DNA of 59,119 bases, the filler included, from Sphacelaria rigidula (lineage: Eukaryota): NCBI GenBank assembly GCA_964200075.2. It is 8 parts of 8 records of this genome, joined end to end, with 100 filler letters (N's around TTAATTAATTAA, not from the genome) between each part and the next. Parts side by side here need not be neighbours in the genome. Positions count along the whole stretch, not along the records: positions 22,210 to 29,512 come from CAXNAA020015538.1; positions 29,613 to 36,914 come from CAXNAA020015539.1; positions 37,015 to 44,316 come from CAXNAA020015540.1; 5 more parts are not named here. One strand, written 5' to 3'. Of the stretch, positions 23,600 to 37,692 are shown one piece after another (position 1 is the first letter of the stretch; every line of letters begins with the position of its first letter). Below the pieces are notes generated by a model that made no database searches, was not told where the DNA came from, and was given only the letters and a program-made list of their open reading frames with translations. The translations under genes were made by a program, and so were the position numbers.

Positions 23600-26500
23600 G
23601 AATCGTCAATCGTCAGTAGTGTTATCGGTACTGCACGTTGGATAAACACCCCGCCACGACGTCGAAATACAGCCCTAGATAGAAGTGGCATCAGCAGCTA
23701 AAGCCACGACGCTCTGAACAATACTACACGGCGCACACACACGTACCCTGCAGCAAGTAGTGGACGTATCGGGGCCTTCTTGCCGTAGGAGGCCGGTACT
23801 CCCTTCGCCGTTCTCACAGCAGCGCTCGTAACCGCTGTGTTGCAAAACGCCCTCACCAGCGGCGGCGCACGGCCCCCAAACCCATGGAACATGAATGCCG
23901 CACACAGGGCTTTTCCTGGTGTCGTAGTTAACATAGTTGGTCTCTCTTGAAGTGCGCAGGTTGCAGCGCAAGAGGGCAGACAGCGAGAAAGAAAAGTCGC
24001 GAGAAACGTAGGCACCATCGTTCAAGGTCACAATTAGGCATTTCGGAATAGTTTTTACCGAAATTCTCGGATTAGTGCACGTGCAGACTCGCTTTCCTCC
24101 GAATTTTGACGGATATTCAGAGGATTAGAAAATATGCAAGCCTGGAGCATCGCCTGGTTTTGTACACACTTGAGAGCAAGCCGCCTGGGTTGTGGATTGT
24201 CGCAGGGGAATACTGAGGGCGGATTGGTGCTTTTGGTGGAGAGAGAAGGAGAGAACACAGCAGCCGAGGTATGTAGGATGTGTAGCTCCTGGTTGGTGCG
24301 TAGGAGTTTAAAGCTTGATCTCGTAGCTTTGCTCACCTTCGTCCTAGTACTTGTATTGGTCTTTCCTCTTTGGAAAGACGTTTTCCCCTTATTCCCCTAC
24401 AGATAGATAGGGTCATACCCTTGCTGCCGTGGCCTAACCTCTTTCTTGCTCTGGCGGACACGCGTTGCTGCAAGACGGCGAATAGTTGAAGTATCACGTG
24501 TAGCACGCTTAGGTTGAAGATTGGCACATGCATGACGTTGCCTCGCAATAGGTGACGCTGCCGTTGATCTGTGTGACCTTCACTGTCCTATATACATGAC
24601 CATCTCTTCACAAACGAAGGAGGAACGGTACATACAGGCCGTTGTTGCCGCTCAGTTTGATGTGGTTGGACGCCCGCGTCGCCCCAGTTGCCCGAACAAG
24701 TCAGTGCTGGCAATAGAACGCTGCCGTGTTTCATTAGCCGCGGGATCCGGCGTGAAGCGCACATTGTTCCCACTCTGAGACGCGTTTCCTGCAAGCCTGT
24801 GCAAGCCCTTGTCTCGCGTTTGTGCTCGTTTTGCGAGATCGCTTTTGTTGCCCGTGATTCATCCTCGCGCAGTAAGTACAGACAACAAACACACATCACT
24901 TGAGATATAACGGTAATTGATACTGGTAATTGTACGACAAAAAATGATACGGGTAGGCGGGCTGAGCGGGCAAAAGCAACGACGTCGCGTTGGATCATTT
25001 TCTACCTTGTGTGGGCATTGTCCAATGGGCTTGACATTTTGTTGCAACTGTTGCTTCTTCTTTTAGACTCTTTACCGCCCGAGTAACGAGCCAAGCGCGT
25101 CAGTCGTCCTTCCCGATGTAAATGAACGAGCAACACAACTGTTTTATGGTACACTGCATCTTCGAATAGTTGCTTGATTTACCGTACCTCAGCAGCTTTA
25201 CGAGTCGGTCTCATTCCGTAGCAGGGAATCTTGGGCGTACGGGACGGAGCACCCACCATTCCCCCACTCACGCCGCCTCTCCCACCCCCGCCCATGTCAT
25301 CTTCTTTTTGATAAAACCCCTCCGGCCATGGGAGCACCTGAGCACGCCTCATGGTCATACGCCTGTCTCATCCGCTCCGATCATGAAAAAACTATCACCT
25401 CCAAGAGCCTATGGTTGACCACGTTCTGGCTCGTTCCGGTCTAGACGATGCGGGACGTTTTGTGTTGAGTATAGTATTCGCCCAAGCTCAAAGGCCAGGG
25501 CGGTACAGTAGAGGGTTGTGTGCTAGGTTGTTCACCGCATGATACCAAGCATCAAGTCCAATGGCTAGATATTGACAGTAGTCAGTTGCCATCCTGCAAG
25601 ATCGCCCTCGGGCGGTGAGAACAGCATCCTGTGGAAAAATATTCGCCAGAGTACACTGGTACGTGACGGAAAATACCACCCCTAGCCGCGATGACGAGGA
25701 TTGAGGATTGTGTTGCATTCGATCCGCTCGAGAAGCGTCAAATTACTTCTCGCGAATGTTCCCAGGGTAATATTTGCTGTGTTGCAGTAATTTCGGAGGG
25801 AAATTCAGACTGCAAGAAAAATGAACAACGCGAGGAAACCGACGGGGAAAATTAGATCCATGGGGGGGGGCAGTATATACCCATCCCCACCCCCCCCTCC
25901 GCCCCCATAGCTTTGGTCCAACGCGGGTACACGAGAAATCGGGGTCAGCAAACAGCCTTCGCTGGCTGTTTTCTGTACTCACCACACACGTAATCATGAG
26001 TCCACCGAACTTATTCGCCTCTCAGTCCGGGACGTCATGCAAGGCGGTTCATGCTGAACACATTATCAGAGAAGAACGGAGATTGGTATCCTGCGATTGC
26101 TGCTGTAGGTATTTATACCCATTTCTTACCCATCTTGTCTACAAAAAAGGAAGGCATCCATGAGGGCCTGGACGAGGCGTTGGTTTGATCTCGTGCCGTC
26201 TTCCGCCTATGGCAGGGGTTCTTTCAATATTTGCATCCGCGGGTCATGCTGAAAACACGCTAGAATTATTAACGACGTCCTACAAACGAGGGCTTCGAAG
26301 AGAGTGTGCCAGATTCACGTTTGTACGACAGATGATGGCAGTGATACATACACAAGGCCTTCACAACGCATACTAGTGATACTGCATGATTCATATGTAC
26401 ACGTTACACGGATGCGCACCTCGCGCGTAGTTGATTCATAGATCGTCGCATAATACTCCTTTTGACCGGGAGGGTGTAGTACGTCATCTGTGTAATGGGC

Positions 26501-27618
26501 ACGATTTTCACTTGAGAAAATGGTGTATGCGTGATCCCGATGACCTACTACCTACCCAGGCGGTCAAAGAGCCATGCTACGAACGGGGGGGAGGGGAGGG
26601 GGGGGCGGTATTACGGGCCATATCTTCCACAAAATCCCACTTCAAATCGTCGTTGAAAGCAGGAACGGTTGTTTGAACACGCTTGCAAGGGCAGGCCGGT
26701 CAGCCTGTACCCAATACTCGGTATTTGAAACAGTCATAATCTTAGTACCCAAACAATTGGGTCGAGTATTGAAATCGTACCCAAGCTACCCAGACATTTG
26801 GGCATCTTACAGTATTTTAGACCTTTCCCATCACACCCCAAAATTTGGGTAGAGTATTGAAGTCACACCCAAGTGATACTCTATACCCAGCTGTCGCTAA
26901 AAGTTCTCACCCAATATTTGGGTAAAGTAGTTGAGGCCGTGCCCAATTTACCCAATTTTTGGGGTAGAGTATTGAGTCCATACCCAAGTGATAAATTAAA
27001 CTCTACACCCAGGTATTGCTGAGGGTACTTACCCAATATTCGGGAAGAGTATTTGAGGCCATTCGCAACATACCCAAATATTAAATGGAGTATTTGGGGT
27101 CGTATCCAGTCTGCCTATTCCTGGGTAGAGTAAATTCCCGGGTATTTTTCCCGAGTACTCAAAAGTACGTACCCTATCCGACCTGCCCTTGGCTTTTTCG
27201 ACCGAAAGCATACGGAGGAAGGGCACGAAGAGGCACTTGACTCCTATCTTGTAGACCGCCACGCCAGATACCACCCGTTCACAGAACTATAGACACTCAA
27301 CATAAGTAATTCTCAACTACCACCGCAACCCTGCAGCATGGAGCACGAGTTGGGCACAGGGATAGATACACTGCAGTAACTGGGTACGATGAGCTTATTT
27401 TTTGTTGGCGAAAACTTGAGTATCTTCTCTCATGGTAGGGATTGGCGTCGGAACTACGTGGTAGGGTGGACGACCGAGTTGCGTATACACGCATGGACAG
27501 TGCAGGCAGTACAAAGCTGCACATTGTTCAAGTCCTTTTCACGTCTCACTGTAAGTAGAGATTACAGATGGTGCTGTGCTGTCTGCACTGCAATTTGCCC
27601 GCTTCTCTTTCACAGCAT

Positions 27619-27619
<1 letters not shown>

Positions 27620-27670
<51 letters not shown>
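27620..27670 (+). repeat. (CA)n microsatellite; others at 33791-33826 (GT), 48099-48130 (CT), 48859-48915 (CA), 49973-50031 compound (GT)(GA)(GT), 5883-5920 (CTGTGTG), 22236-22263 poly-G
   Basis: Directly visible simple repeats. Confidence 0.95.
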
Positions 27671-28002
27671 AGGCACACTGCGTATATGCATACAGCGCAG
27701 ACATTCCAGTCCAGTACTGTACCGTAGACCAGCGAAAAAGTGCCGCGTCACGAATTTCTCTCTCGTTTCTCGATCGAAAGCTTGCAAATTCGCTCAAGTC
27801 AAATCCACCGCACTTTTTTTCTGATCGAAAAGTGATGCGCTTGGACACGGCCTTACCCAGTATTCGGGTAGAGTATTGAAATAGTACCCAATCTACCCAA
27901 AAATTGCATATAATATTTTAGATTATACACAATACACCCATTTTTGGGGTAGAAAATTGAGGTCGTAACCCAATCGATACTTCACACCCAGGTTTTGCTT
28001 AA

Positions 28003-29070
28003 CCCTTTCGGGACCGGGCCTTCATATCGACCAACGAGGAGGCTGGTTAGGAATGACGTGTCTGGCGTCTGCACGAAACAGTGGCTTCCTGTAAAAATCC
28101 ACGTATGTAACCACCGCATGCAGCGTTAGGAGGAAGACCGCCAATCTCATCCCATCTATTTTCAGGGGCAGATACAAACTGTCATTCGGGTGTGGTGCGC
28201 ATCAGGTGATGTGAATCTGATAAACGAGTAGTATGGGTTGCGGTAGAGAGTTTCCAACAGGATGCGGCAACCGGCGGGCCGCTCGCCACTTGTGGCTTGG
28301 GATGACATTATTGTCCCCATCACCTTGTCACACAGCCCTTTGTGGTCGGGGTGGGCCGCGATTTCCCTCTTCGTTGCAAGTAGCAAATTCTCTTGGAACG
28401 GTATTGGCGTTGCGGCGCACATACATATAGTACAATACAGTACAGTACGCCTTTCCACCTGCAGCAGCAGCTACCACTGCATACTCCCTTGCACGTTCTG
28501 GGTAGTTATCAGCTACCGAAATCAGCTGCCTATACCCAATGTGTGCATCCCCGCCCACTACACACATGTTCACAGTGTTCTGCAAGGCATCGGCGGAGGG
28601 ATGAGCAAAATTCATGACGGTGGCTCCTTTTGTCTTTCCACGTTCCACCTGGGTTTCGTGCCTCGTGAAAATGACCCCAGTGTGGCATGTGCACTCCTTC
28701 CCGGTTTTTCCCACTCTACCCTGTGTTGGTGTAATTACTACATCTAAGTGAAGGGTGGCGGCCCGAACCCTCCCCCCCCCCCGGGAAAGCCCGGGAACGC
28801 CATACTGAATACAAGTAATACGATAAGCCATGCTCCGAGCATCCTGGATTTGAATATCTGGGAAGGCTTATCTGGGCCATTGATGGGACCCCCACACGAT
28901 CTTTGCAGTGACATCGCACTCGGTAACAGTCCCCGCGCTTGTCGTTCGGGTCTGGTCGATAAAGTTTGCCTCGCTGACATTGGGCAGGTTGCTCCCTGAC
29001 TTATTTTTTACTGTTTCACGAAGACATGGTCAACCTCGTATTAGTGAGGGGTCGGTCCCATGCAAAAGGG
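28003..29070. mobile_element. piggyBac-derived element (internally deleted)
   Basis: TTAA-CCCTTTCGGGACCG...CGGTCCCATGCAAAAGGG-TTAA. It interrupts the hAT-like repeat at a TTAA. A homologous copy starts at 51106. Confidence 0.8.
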
Positions 29071-29740
29071 TTAAGGTACTTCCCCAATATTTGGGTAAAG
29101 TGTTTTGAGGTCGTATCCATATCACCCAGAATTTGGGTGATTGAGGTCATTCCCAAATGACACGCTATACCCAGGTATTACGAATACTGGAAGTGCTTGC
29201 CCAATATTTGAGTCGTACCCGATCTACCCGAACCTTGAGTCGAGTAATCACCCGGGTATTTTACCTGAGTATTCAGAAGGACATACCCTACCCAACCTGC
29301 TCTTGCACGCTTGTTACCGATAAATAGGCGCAATGCCCATACATGGAGGTATAGTTGAGTTGTGAAATGCGAAATTCAACGAAGCAGAGCCCTCTAGTAC
29401 GGAATCGGCGTGATCTAGTGCCAATAAATTCAAGGGTCGGACAAATAATGATTCGTCCGGAAATTACTTGGTTTTAGTATGAAGAGTCGACTCGTGACGA
29501 ATCAATCCCTAGNNNNNNNNNNNNNNNNNNNNNNNNNNNNNNNNNNNNNNNNNNNNTTAATTAATTAANNNNNNNNNNNNNNNNNNNNNNNNNNNNNNNN
29601 NNNNNNNNNNNNACACGAAGATTTTAATCCTCCGGGTTCTCATCCTCAATCAAAAGCACCATCCTCAACATAGATGATTGGCTGTTTTTGTTTACTCACG
29701 TTCTCACGCTTTCCACGGTGGAAATATACATTACGAAGGA

Positions 29741-29825
29741 AAAACCCGACGCATCGGGAATCGAACCCCCGTTCTCTCCACCCTAATAATGGCGACAGTC
29801 GGACCATTACACCGCCGGGGCGCCG
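29741..29825 (-). repeat. tRNA-like (Pol III A/B-box) SINE head or tRNA pseudogene
   Basis: Minus strand reads GCCCCGGCGGTGTAATGGTCCG...GGGGGTTCGATTCCCG...GGGTTTTT. The anticodon arm is not canonical. Confidence 0.45.
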
Positions 29826-32800
29826 GCGGCTAGGTAGTACTTGACTGAAAGGACAGCACGGACAACAGTACACACAACAGTACTGCATTGTACGCATTGG
29901 CTGTAGTGATGGCTTAGCTGCGATCACCACTGCTGTCGCTGGTGCTCGCGGGCAGTCAGCGCGTTGCTTTCGTTCGCCAGTACCGTGATGGCCCTTACCC
30001 CCATGAGAAAAGAACAGGGCAGGGTAGATGACGAGTGCTGTACATACACTCTATATGTGGCTTGCACAGTTCACGTCTGTGTACGCAGTGTGTTACGAAC
30101 AGCACTCGAATACAGTTATGGGGGTGAATGCAGGACTTACCGACGGAAAATTCGTTGTCAACAAAACATAATATGAACGCGGGGGAATATTGAGGACGTA
30201 TTGAAGACGCCATTGACTGGTCGAACCTGTGCCGAACCTCAGCCGAACAGAACACACGCTCCATCCGAAGTTACCTTGGTTTAATATGCGACAGCTTTAA
30301 TTTTGTCATCGCATAGTTCTCGAGACAGGAAGCAAATCAACCTGTGGCACTTGACAACCCCCCGCACACACACTGGATCTATTCAGTGCCGCGGTGGATT
30401 TGCTCAACTCACTACAGCGAATCCGAAGTGCCTTCGAACGTCGAAGAAAACGTGTTTTTCAGTACATTGTGACGGTTTGCAAAGTGCTGCGGGCTCCACG
30501 GCACGCGTCACGGGAAGCCGCCGCGCCACTGAATAGTTCTGGTGTGTGGGAAGCGCACGCATCAAACCCCAGTGCAATCCTCTGTTTCGTTGCCGAGATA
30601 GCTGCGTTGAAAAATGAGCACAACAGCATACTGCAACGGGAAGGGCACAACAACAACACGAGCAGCAGCTCCTATCCCCCTGTTGTTGTAACCGTGTGTA
30701 CAGGTGTACCGCAACGTCAGTCAGAGGGTTGTTGTAGAATACACCCTAGCAACAGCACATTTTGCGTGAGCGCCGTCGTCATTTCAAGTGACGCGTGTAC
30801 CTGATACTGATACGGATTGGCGCATTTAGGTTTCACTTCGTTTGCATTCAACTGACTGTGCAGTTGGTCGGTCCATTTTCCCTGTATATAGTGCCCAAGA
30901 TCGGGCCTCATTCACCCCCATAGGAGCACAGACTGCCCAAGCGCTCAAGCCCTGTAGGCATTACAGCAGGGGCACTGCTTATACTGTGGTCTTGGGTGTA
31001 CAGTCAGTACGGTCCTGTCTCTACAACTCTTGGGGTGCGTATGCAGTATGTGCTGCATTGCGAGTGCTGTTCGCAAAACGCTGCATGCACGGACCTGAAC
31101 TGCGAGCTACAATACTGTGCAAACTACATACAGAGTGTTTGAACAGCCCTCGTCATCGCCCCTGCACTGTACTGTTCTCAAGGGGTAAAGGGCCACGATT
31201 TTACTGGCGAGCGAAGGATAATGAGGCAACACACTTACTGCCCGCGAGCACCAGCGACAGAAGTGGTGATGGCAACCAAGCCATCATGGCTGCTGTCGTG
31301 GGCTGGAGGGTGTGTTGGCGTGAGACGGGATTTCAAAAGCGTTTTTCAAAAATATTTTTCGATAGCCCAAAGCTATTAGGGAAACCTGATTTTCGGATAA
31401 ATTTGGGCTATCGGAAAATGTTATCAGAAATCTTTCTCTCAAACAACGCGTTCCCTGATCACAGAAGAAGTGGGTTCATGGGAATTTATTAGAAAACGCG
31501 TTTTTTTATTGAATTTTTTCATACATAAGAAGTAGCCTCGGGGTAATAATCGATTTTTAGGTATCAGCAAAATGTCCTCAACTCATGAAGAAGTAAATGT
31601 TTTTGGTGCTCTAGTAAATTTTCTTTGTGCCTTATGCATTGTCCATACCAAATGTTACGCTCCAACTCTAAATATTGGCCGGCGCATGGGCCTACGAACT
31701 TCCAATCCGCCTCTAGGCTGACCCAGCTCGTAGTCGCTCTCCTTTGTTCGGCATTGTGTGAAAAAAATTCTAAATCGTGTGACTACACCGAGATTCGTAC
31801 CCACGACCCAGCCTTCACAAGGTTTGGAGGTTGTCAATTGAGCAACCCGGGTGATATTGTGAAAACACACCATCATTGTACTTCAAGTACCGTTGTCTGC
31901 TGTTGGCTGTGCGGACTGCACACCCTGTACAGTTAGTTGGCAAGTGATACAACACTCCTACTGCTCGTGCTGCCACCTGGATATCCTGCACAGTACGTAC
32001 AGTGTACAGAGCGTGGTGTGTTGTACAACAGGAGTGGGACTGTATGATATGGCCGTCTTTTCCATAACGAGCAGCTGATGCATATACAGTTGGTGTCTTC
32101 AGGGCATCCGTACAATCTTGCGCGGTGCTGCGAGATCCGCACGCTCATATGTACATAGCCCACCTTCATATACGTCGCGCCCAAGAATTCGAGAGTTTCA
32201 TCCGTGGGCGGGGAAATGATAATAGTTCAAGACGCTATAGCGTGTTGTGGTGGAAACGACCGGCACACTGCATTCAGAGCGGGACGGAAGATGAGGAATC
32301 CGACGATGATGAGGACAAACATCGCCGTGTACCCGAGGAGAGATGGGCAGCCAAGGACAGGCTCAAGCCAAGTGAAAGGTAAGTACTCTGGCGCGAAAAT
32401 TGTTTTTCTTTTGGATGTGGGCGAACATTTTGCATACGTTGGGGTCCTCTCTCTCTAGCCTCATTCCGCATGGCACACGTACCTGCCCATCGTCGCTCGT
32501 GCTCGCCTTCTACTTTCTGTTTCATATATTGGTGCAGATTCGCAGATTCTTTGCTAGGATGCAGGGTGCTGACGCAGGACAACGCCCCACCACCGCTGTC
32601 AGGACCCAGACAGAAAAGGCCAAGTTCGACCACGATGTTTACCAGTTTCTCATCTCGCCGGAAACAAGGCGTCAACTGGGTAGTTCCGCGGTTTAAGCAA
32701 TCGATTAGATCGTTTCGCGTATAAGTGAAATGACGTCGTTGGTGAGGTCGAGAAGCATGAAGCTACGGGTTGCCTGGCAAGTCAACGGGGATGCCAGCAA

Positions 32801-33788
32801 GAAGATCAGCCGGAAGAAGCCGGCTGACTTGCAACATTGGTGGACCGAATCTAAAAAAGGACGTCAATACTGCGCGCACCATTGAAAAAAACAGGCACTG
32901 CTGTCATCGATGTATGAGAGAAATTTCATTCATGTTGCTGCGGCGAGCCGCGCGGCCAGCGCAACCGTTGGTGCCACGAAAAGCAGAGTTCGGCTTTCGT
33001 TCCCTTTTGTAGACGACGGCCACACAACGGTACCACGCCCTGCCTCATCGGCCGTCGACGAACCTGATGATGAGAGGGGCAATATCAGTTAAATTTTTTT
33101 TCTTGATTGGTATCGGTGTCAATAATGATTTCCGTCAGCCTGATGTGTCTGCTGTTGAGAATACTCATCGTGTCGGTCCCAGTTGTTCAAGTGCCCTCAA
33201 TCGGAGTCCCACATACGCGGAGGGGGGGGGGGGGGCAGCGCTCTGCTGAGTCAGAACAGTAGCACTTCAAGAGAAGTCTCTGGTACAACCGAGAAGGATC
33301 CGGCCTTTGTAGTGCCGGCATCGGCGTGTAGTGCGTTGCACGCAGTAGCGTCATCGTTTGGCAGCGGCAGTGGCTTTGTTCCGGCCTTACAAGAATGGAG
33401 CCCCATGCTACCCATGTTCCCTATGCCGCCCGTGACAGAGAAACACACCCCAAAGCACCCCCGGTTGAGGTCGTGCTAAGTCGGTGGCCATAATTTATCT
33501 GTGGCTCGCTGGAGGGGAAGTCTTAAAGGCGGGAATCAATCGAGCAAGAGGGTTTGCTCCGTCCCCGAAGACTTTGGGAGGGCGCCAGATTTCCCTAATT
33601 ACGGCCGGAGACGATTAAAGATCTGCAAGTGCGATGATTGTAAGCTAGGATAGTGCAATGTCGTGTTGCGAACTGGGATAGTGGTCCAGTTGATGGTATT
33701 TACGATACAAGTATAGTAGTACTTGTGCAAAACGATCGTGAAGGACGTGGATCAACTCGGAGTGGATTTTTGGAAAGCACGAAGGGTC

Positions 33789-33832
<44 letters not shown>

Positions 33833-35624
33833 ACAGACGTTTTTACAAGAGTAGTATATTATGTCCTGGGTAATGGTTTTTGGCCAGTGGCTTTGTTACT
33901 ATTCGTGCAAAAAATTCAAATAAGGACGATTAGAAACATGTGAGTATCTGACGACTAAAGCATTGCTTCGTTCATGCTACCTGCTGTACGCGATTTCATT
34001 ATCAAGAGTCTCAATTATTTTCCCTTAGTTTCGGAAAACAAGAGTCAGGCGTATGTGGGCAGATGCTTCTCGTCCTCGTCCCAAAAATGGAAGTGAGGCC
34101 GATTAAAAAGTGATTGAAATCCATACGACAGCACAAACATTCGCTTCAGACAGTAATTCTTGATCACTCGGCGTTACGGTGATAATCAGCTGCCCTTGTT
34201 CAATGCGTGACAACCGAAGCCACCCAACCCAAAAATCCGTTTTGAAATCGGAGATAGTCTTCACAAGATGTAGACCAGCTAGTGGAGGAGAGGAAAACGG
34301 TCCGGTGTCATCGAAGTTGAAACAAAATTGCGGGTCCTGTGCTATCAGGGTGAAAAAGGGTTTCCGAAATTTTGCGCGTGCTTCGCCCGCTAATTTAATT
34401 AGGCGAATTCTGCCCCAGAACATCTTCGATTTGCCGACATGCACACGTCAAGGGCAGTCACGGTTGCATGCAGGTGGAGACCAGGGCCGTCCAGAGAACA
34501 ACGACGTAGCCATTTAAAACAGTTTGTATCCTAGCGTCGGCAGTGTCTCATGCTGTATCAGGCGGCATCGATCACTTCTGGCAACGGGCAGTACTGTCCT
34601 GTCCTGCGCTGCACCTGACTGTGAAACACGCTGCAAGTGGTATCGAACAAGATGATGGGTAATATCACCCCCTTCAGCGGCGATCGGCGATGCGTTCTCC
34701 ATTCTTATTTTTCTCGAGAAGGCGAGCCCTACATGCCTGTATGATCTTGCTTCATCAAACAAGATAGACGAAACGCCTTCAACACCCATCGTTACACAAA
34801 GCGGCCATTGCAGGTTTTTACTCGACGAACACCGAGCAGTTGATCGCATGCGCGTGATATTTTTCGTCATCCACTACTACTGTAGGCCACGGAACAAGAG
34901 CTTCGATCGCCCTTACCTCTGACGTAGCGAGTCCAGATGGGATGGCGGCGTTAATTTTTTTGCTCCTATGATAGATTCCGCGGTAGAGTCAGACTTTCCT
35001 GCTCTACAGCCTCTAGCTGTTTTCCTGGGACTCGTTTTCGGTGCGGCTGGGGTTGCTATCGCTTACACAATTCTTGGAGATGTGAGATGTGCGCCGTTTG
35101 AATTCCTTAAACGCCAGAGATTTCGGATTTTCGGTAGCATTATCCGGATCAATCACGGATTGAGAAACGATGTCCGGATATCCAAATTTCCGATTTGGGG
35201 ACGGATTTCGAGAAAGACGAGCGATGGATACTGGTCCATTCTCCCCACATGCAAATTGCGCATGTCTGAAACGGGTAGTGGACCCTTGGATCACATATTA
35301 CGAGCCAGAAGCAGATCAAATGAAGATTCAAGTGAAGGTTGTCGTTGTCCACGCAGGACAACATTGGGACGGACCAGAGACAAATCTTGGATGCGTGTGC
35401 AACCACAGAAGTAGGGAAGATATTGCTACATACCAAAGCACATAATATTTGTGTCGATCACTTTCAATCCCGTAAGAGTAGGTGGTAGTGCGGTAAAATC
35501 AGCAATGGTACCACCCTCGCCGGAAGCTGAGCTTGTAATTTTGGAGAACAGCTGTGCCAGATATCGACAACACACTGGGCTACAGGCTAGTTCAGGCTTA
35601 TCACCCAAAAAACACTCATCGGCA

Positions 35625-36800
35625 AAACCTCACGCCGGTTTTTACGGTTTTAGGCCGGATGTTATGGCAACGTATCTTTGGCCCACAGATTTTTCAATTC
35701 TGGTGAAATATATCCGCGGCAAATTTGGTTCCGGTAACGATAACGATATTATGGCAGCACACGGATTTTCATAGCATACTGTTCTGATTTGTATACCTCC
35801 ACCAGGGTTTCGAATTTCATGTTGAGCGTGTTTCAACAGCCCACAGCCCCCTAGGTGTCTCTGTGCTGTAGTGATGTAGCGTCACTGCCGCAAAAGGGTC
35901 ATCAACACCCCCCTAACACCAGTGCCGGTTCCTTCCAGCCCTTGAGTAAGCGACCATACCCCCCTCGTTGCTGCTAAAGTTGAATCCTTCATCGAAGGAT
36001 CGCAGAATTACCCGCCAGAGAGCGACAGTGCGCATCACATGTCTCCTCTTTCTCGACGTCTCTGCAATGCTTTTGTCAGGACACCGACGAGCAAGGCGTG
36101 TCATTTTTTGTCTCGTACGCGCGAAGCGGGCTCCATGGCGCGTCGGGTGCGGCGTGTGGTTGCTCCGTGTGTTGTTGTCGGTTGTTGTCGACAGGATCAC
36201 TCACAAAGGCGCAGCCAGCACGCCGGCACATTCAAGAAAAACGCGGCGTGACCCCATCATGACGGTCAGCCGGCCAAAACGCAAAAACCCGTGTGCCAAA
36301 ATCTGTGCTTGCCGACCCCCGCCAGTTTGCTCAAAATTTGTGGGACTCGGGCCCCGAATCTTGGCCGCAGATTATTTCCCCCGAAACTTTGAATAGTGAA
36401 TAGTCTGTACCCATAACATGGGTGTCATACGAATTATTTCAAAAGCTGAAGATCCGGGGCCGAAGATCTTTCGCCATAACATCCGGCCTAAGGCAGGATG
36501 TTATGGCACACAGAATATTGGCCCACGGATTGTTCACTCTTTGGACGTTTAAGCCACTTTTTGACCCCCAAACAGGAAAAATCGCCAACACACGCCTTAG
36601 ACACTTTGCATCACCCCATAGAGAGGAGGCTAGCCCACTTTTCAGATTCGCTTGGCTGCGAGGTTTCGAGAGCGGCCGCTGAGCAATAAGTCGTGTGCAA
36701 TATAATCTACGGCGATCTCCGCAGATTATTAGGCAAACTGGCGGGAATCGGCAAGCACCGATTTTTGCACACGAATTTTGTTCAGCGGCCAATTTCGAAA
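35625..36800. repeat. Patchy direct and inverted repeats, probable DNA-transposon subterminal region
   Basis: GGATGTTATGGCA occurs at ~35657 and ~36496. The inverted pair CCGTGTGCCAAAATCTGTGCTTGCCG..CCCGCCAGTTTG (36289) / CAAACTGGCGGGAATCGGCAAGCACCGATTTTTGCACACG (36734) is also present. Confidence 0.5.
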
Positions 36801-37077
36801 ACTGAGAGCCAATGCGGGGACAGACGCCAGCGATCTTTGAAACGCAGCATCATTCAGCAGTCTGCTGAGATATACCATCACCAGAGTACAGCATCACTAC
36901 AGTACAGTTGTCAGNNNNNNNNNNNNNNNNNNNNNNNNNNNNNNNNNNNNNNNNNNNNTTAATTAATTAANNNNNNNNNNNNNNNNNNNNNNNNNNNNNN
37001 NNNNNNNNNNNNNNATGGAGGGATGGGACTTCAACCTCATATTATGTTTCAACCCCAAAAATTAGGATCGGCTGTTA

Positions 37078-37692
37078 GTCCCAGTTTTCAATCTTTTAAA
37101 CATTTACCACATTTCTTACATGAGTAAGGTGACGGGAGGTATCCTCTACGTCATCAGCAGGATCCTCCTAACAACCGGTAGGATCCGCTTCACCGCCGAA
37201 ATGATCCGCCTCTCCAACAGCAGGATCCTGATCTTGTACACTTGTATCCGCTTCCCCTCCAGATGAACGTAGTGAAAGTCCTTGGGAGCGGGTGTGAAGT
37301 CGAGTTGATCTTGACGTGGGTCGTGAAATTGTAGTTGGTTTAACATCTTGAACTTGATCCACGTCATCATAAATTTCCACGGGGCGTTTTCCCCCGTTCA
37401 TTATATCCGAAATCCCTGGATGCGTGAGGGAGATCAGGGCGCGTGTACTGCGCTTCTATTGGAGAAAGTTCTTTCCGTCGAACTTGCTGATGCTCGTGAT
37501 CGGTTGGGCGATCGATAACTCTCCTTGATTATTCATCTTTTTGCAACGTGTGACAGTTGATCACAACAAAAAACTGTGCCAGGAAAACCTCTGAATACTG
37601 TACTCTGCTCACTTGTGCTGCGGTGACGACCTTGATGTGACGTCCCCTTGCTGGTGCCGACTGGTTTAGTCGCGAATCGATGGCTCAAAACC
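37078..37692 (-). mobile_element. Tandem second Copia internal region (PBS, leader, gag 5' end), truncated
   Basis: Colinear with 42615-43230. Similarity stops at about 37078. Confidence 0.88.

Larger units (their letters stand above)
26686..29305. mobile_element. Composite non-autonomous hAT-like element with TACCC subterminal repeats, a duplicated right end and a nested piggyBac derivative
   Basis: CAAGGGCAGG...CCTGCTCTTG termini with an exact 8-bp TSD CACGCTTG (26678-26685 and 29306-29313). An extra internal right TIR CCGACCTGCCCTTG ends at 27191. Confidence 0.8.

Noticed and set aside
24333-24560. Copia pol fragment (NVMHVPIFNLS)
   Set aside because: Only a weak single-motif resemblance, with no neighbouring pol motifs.
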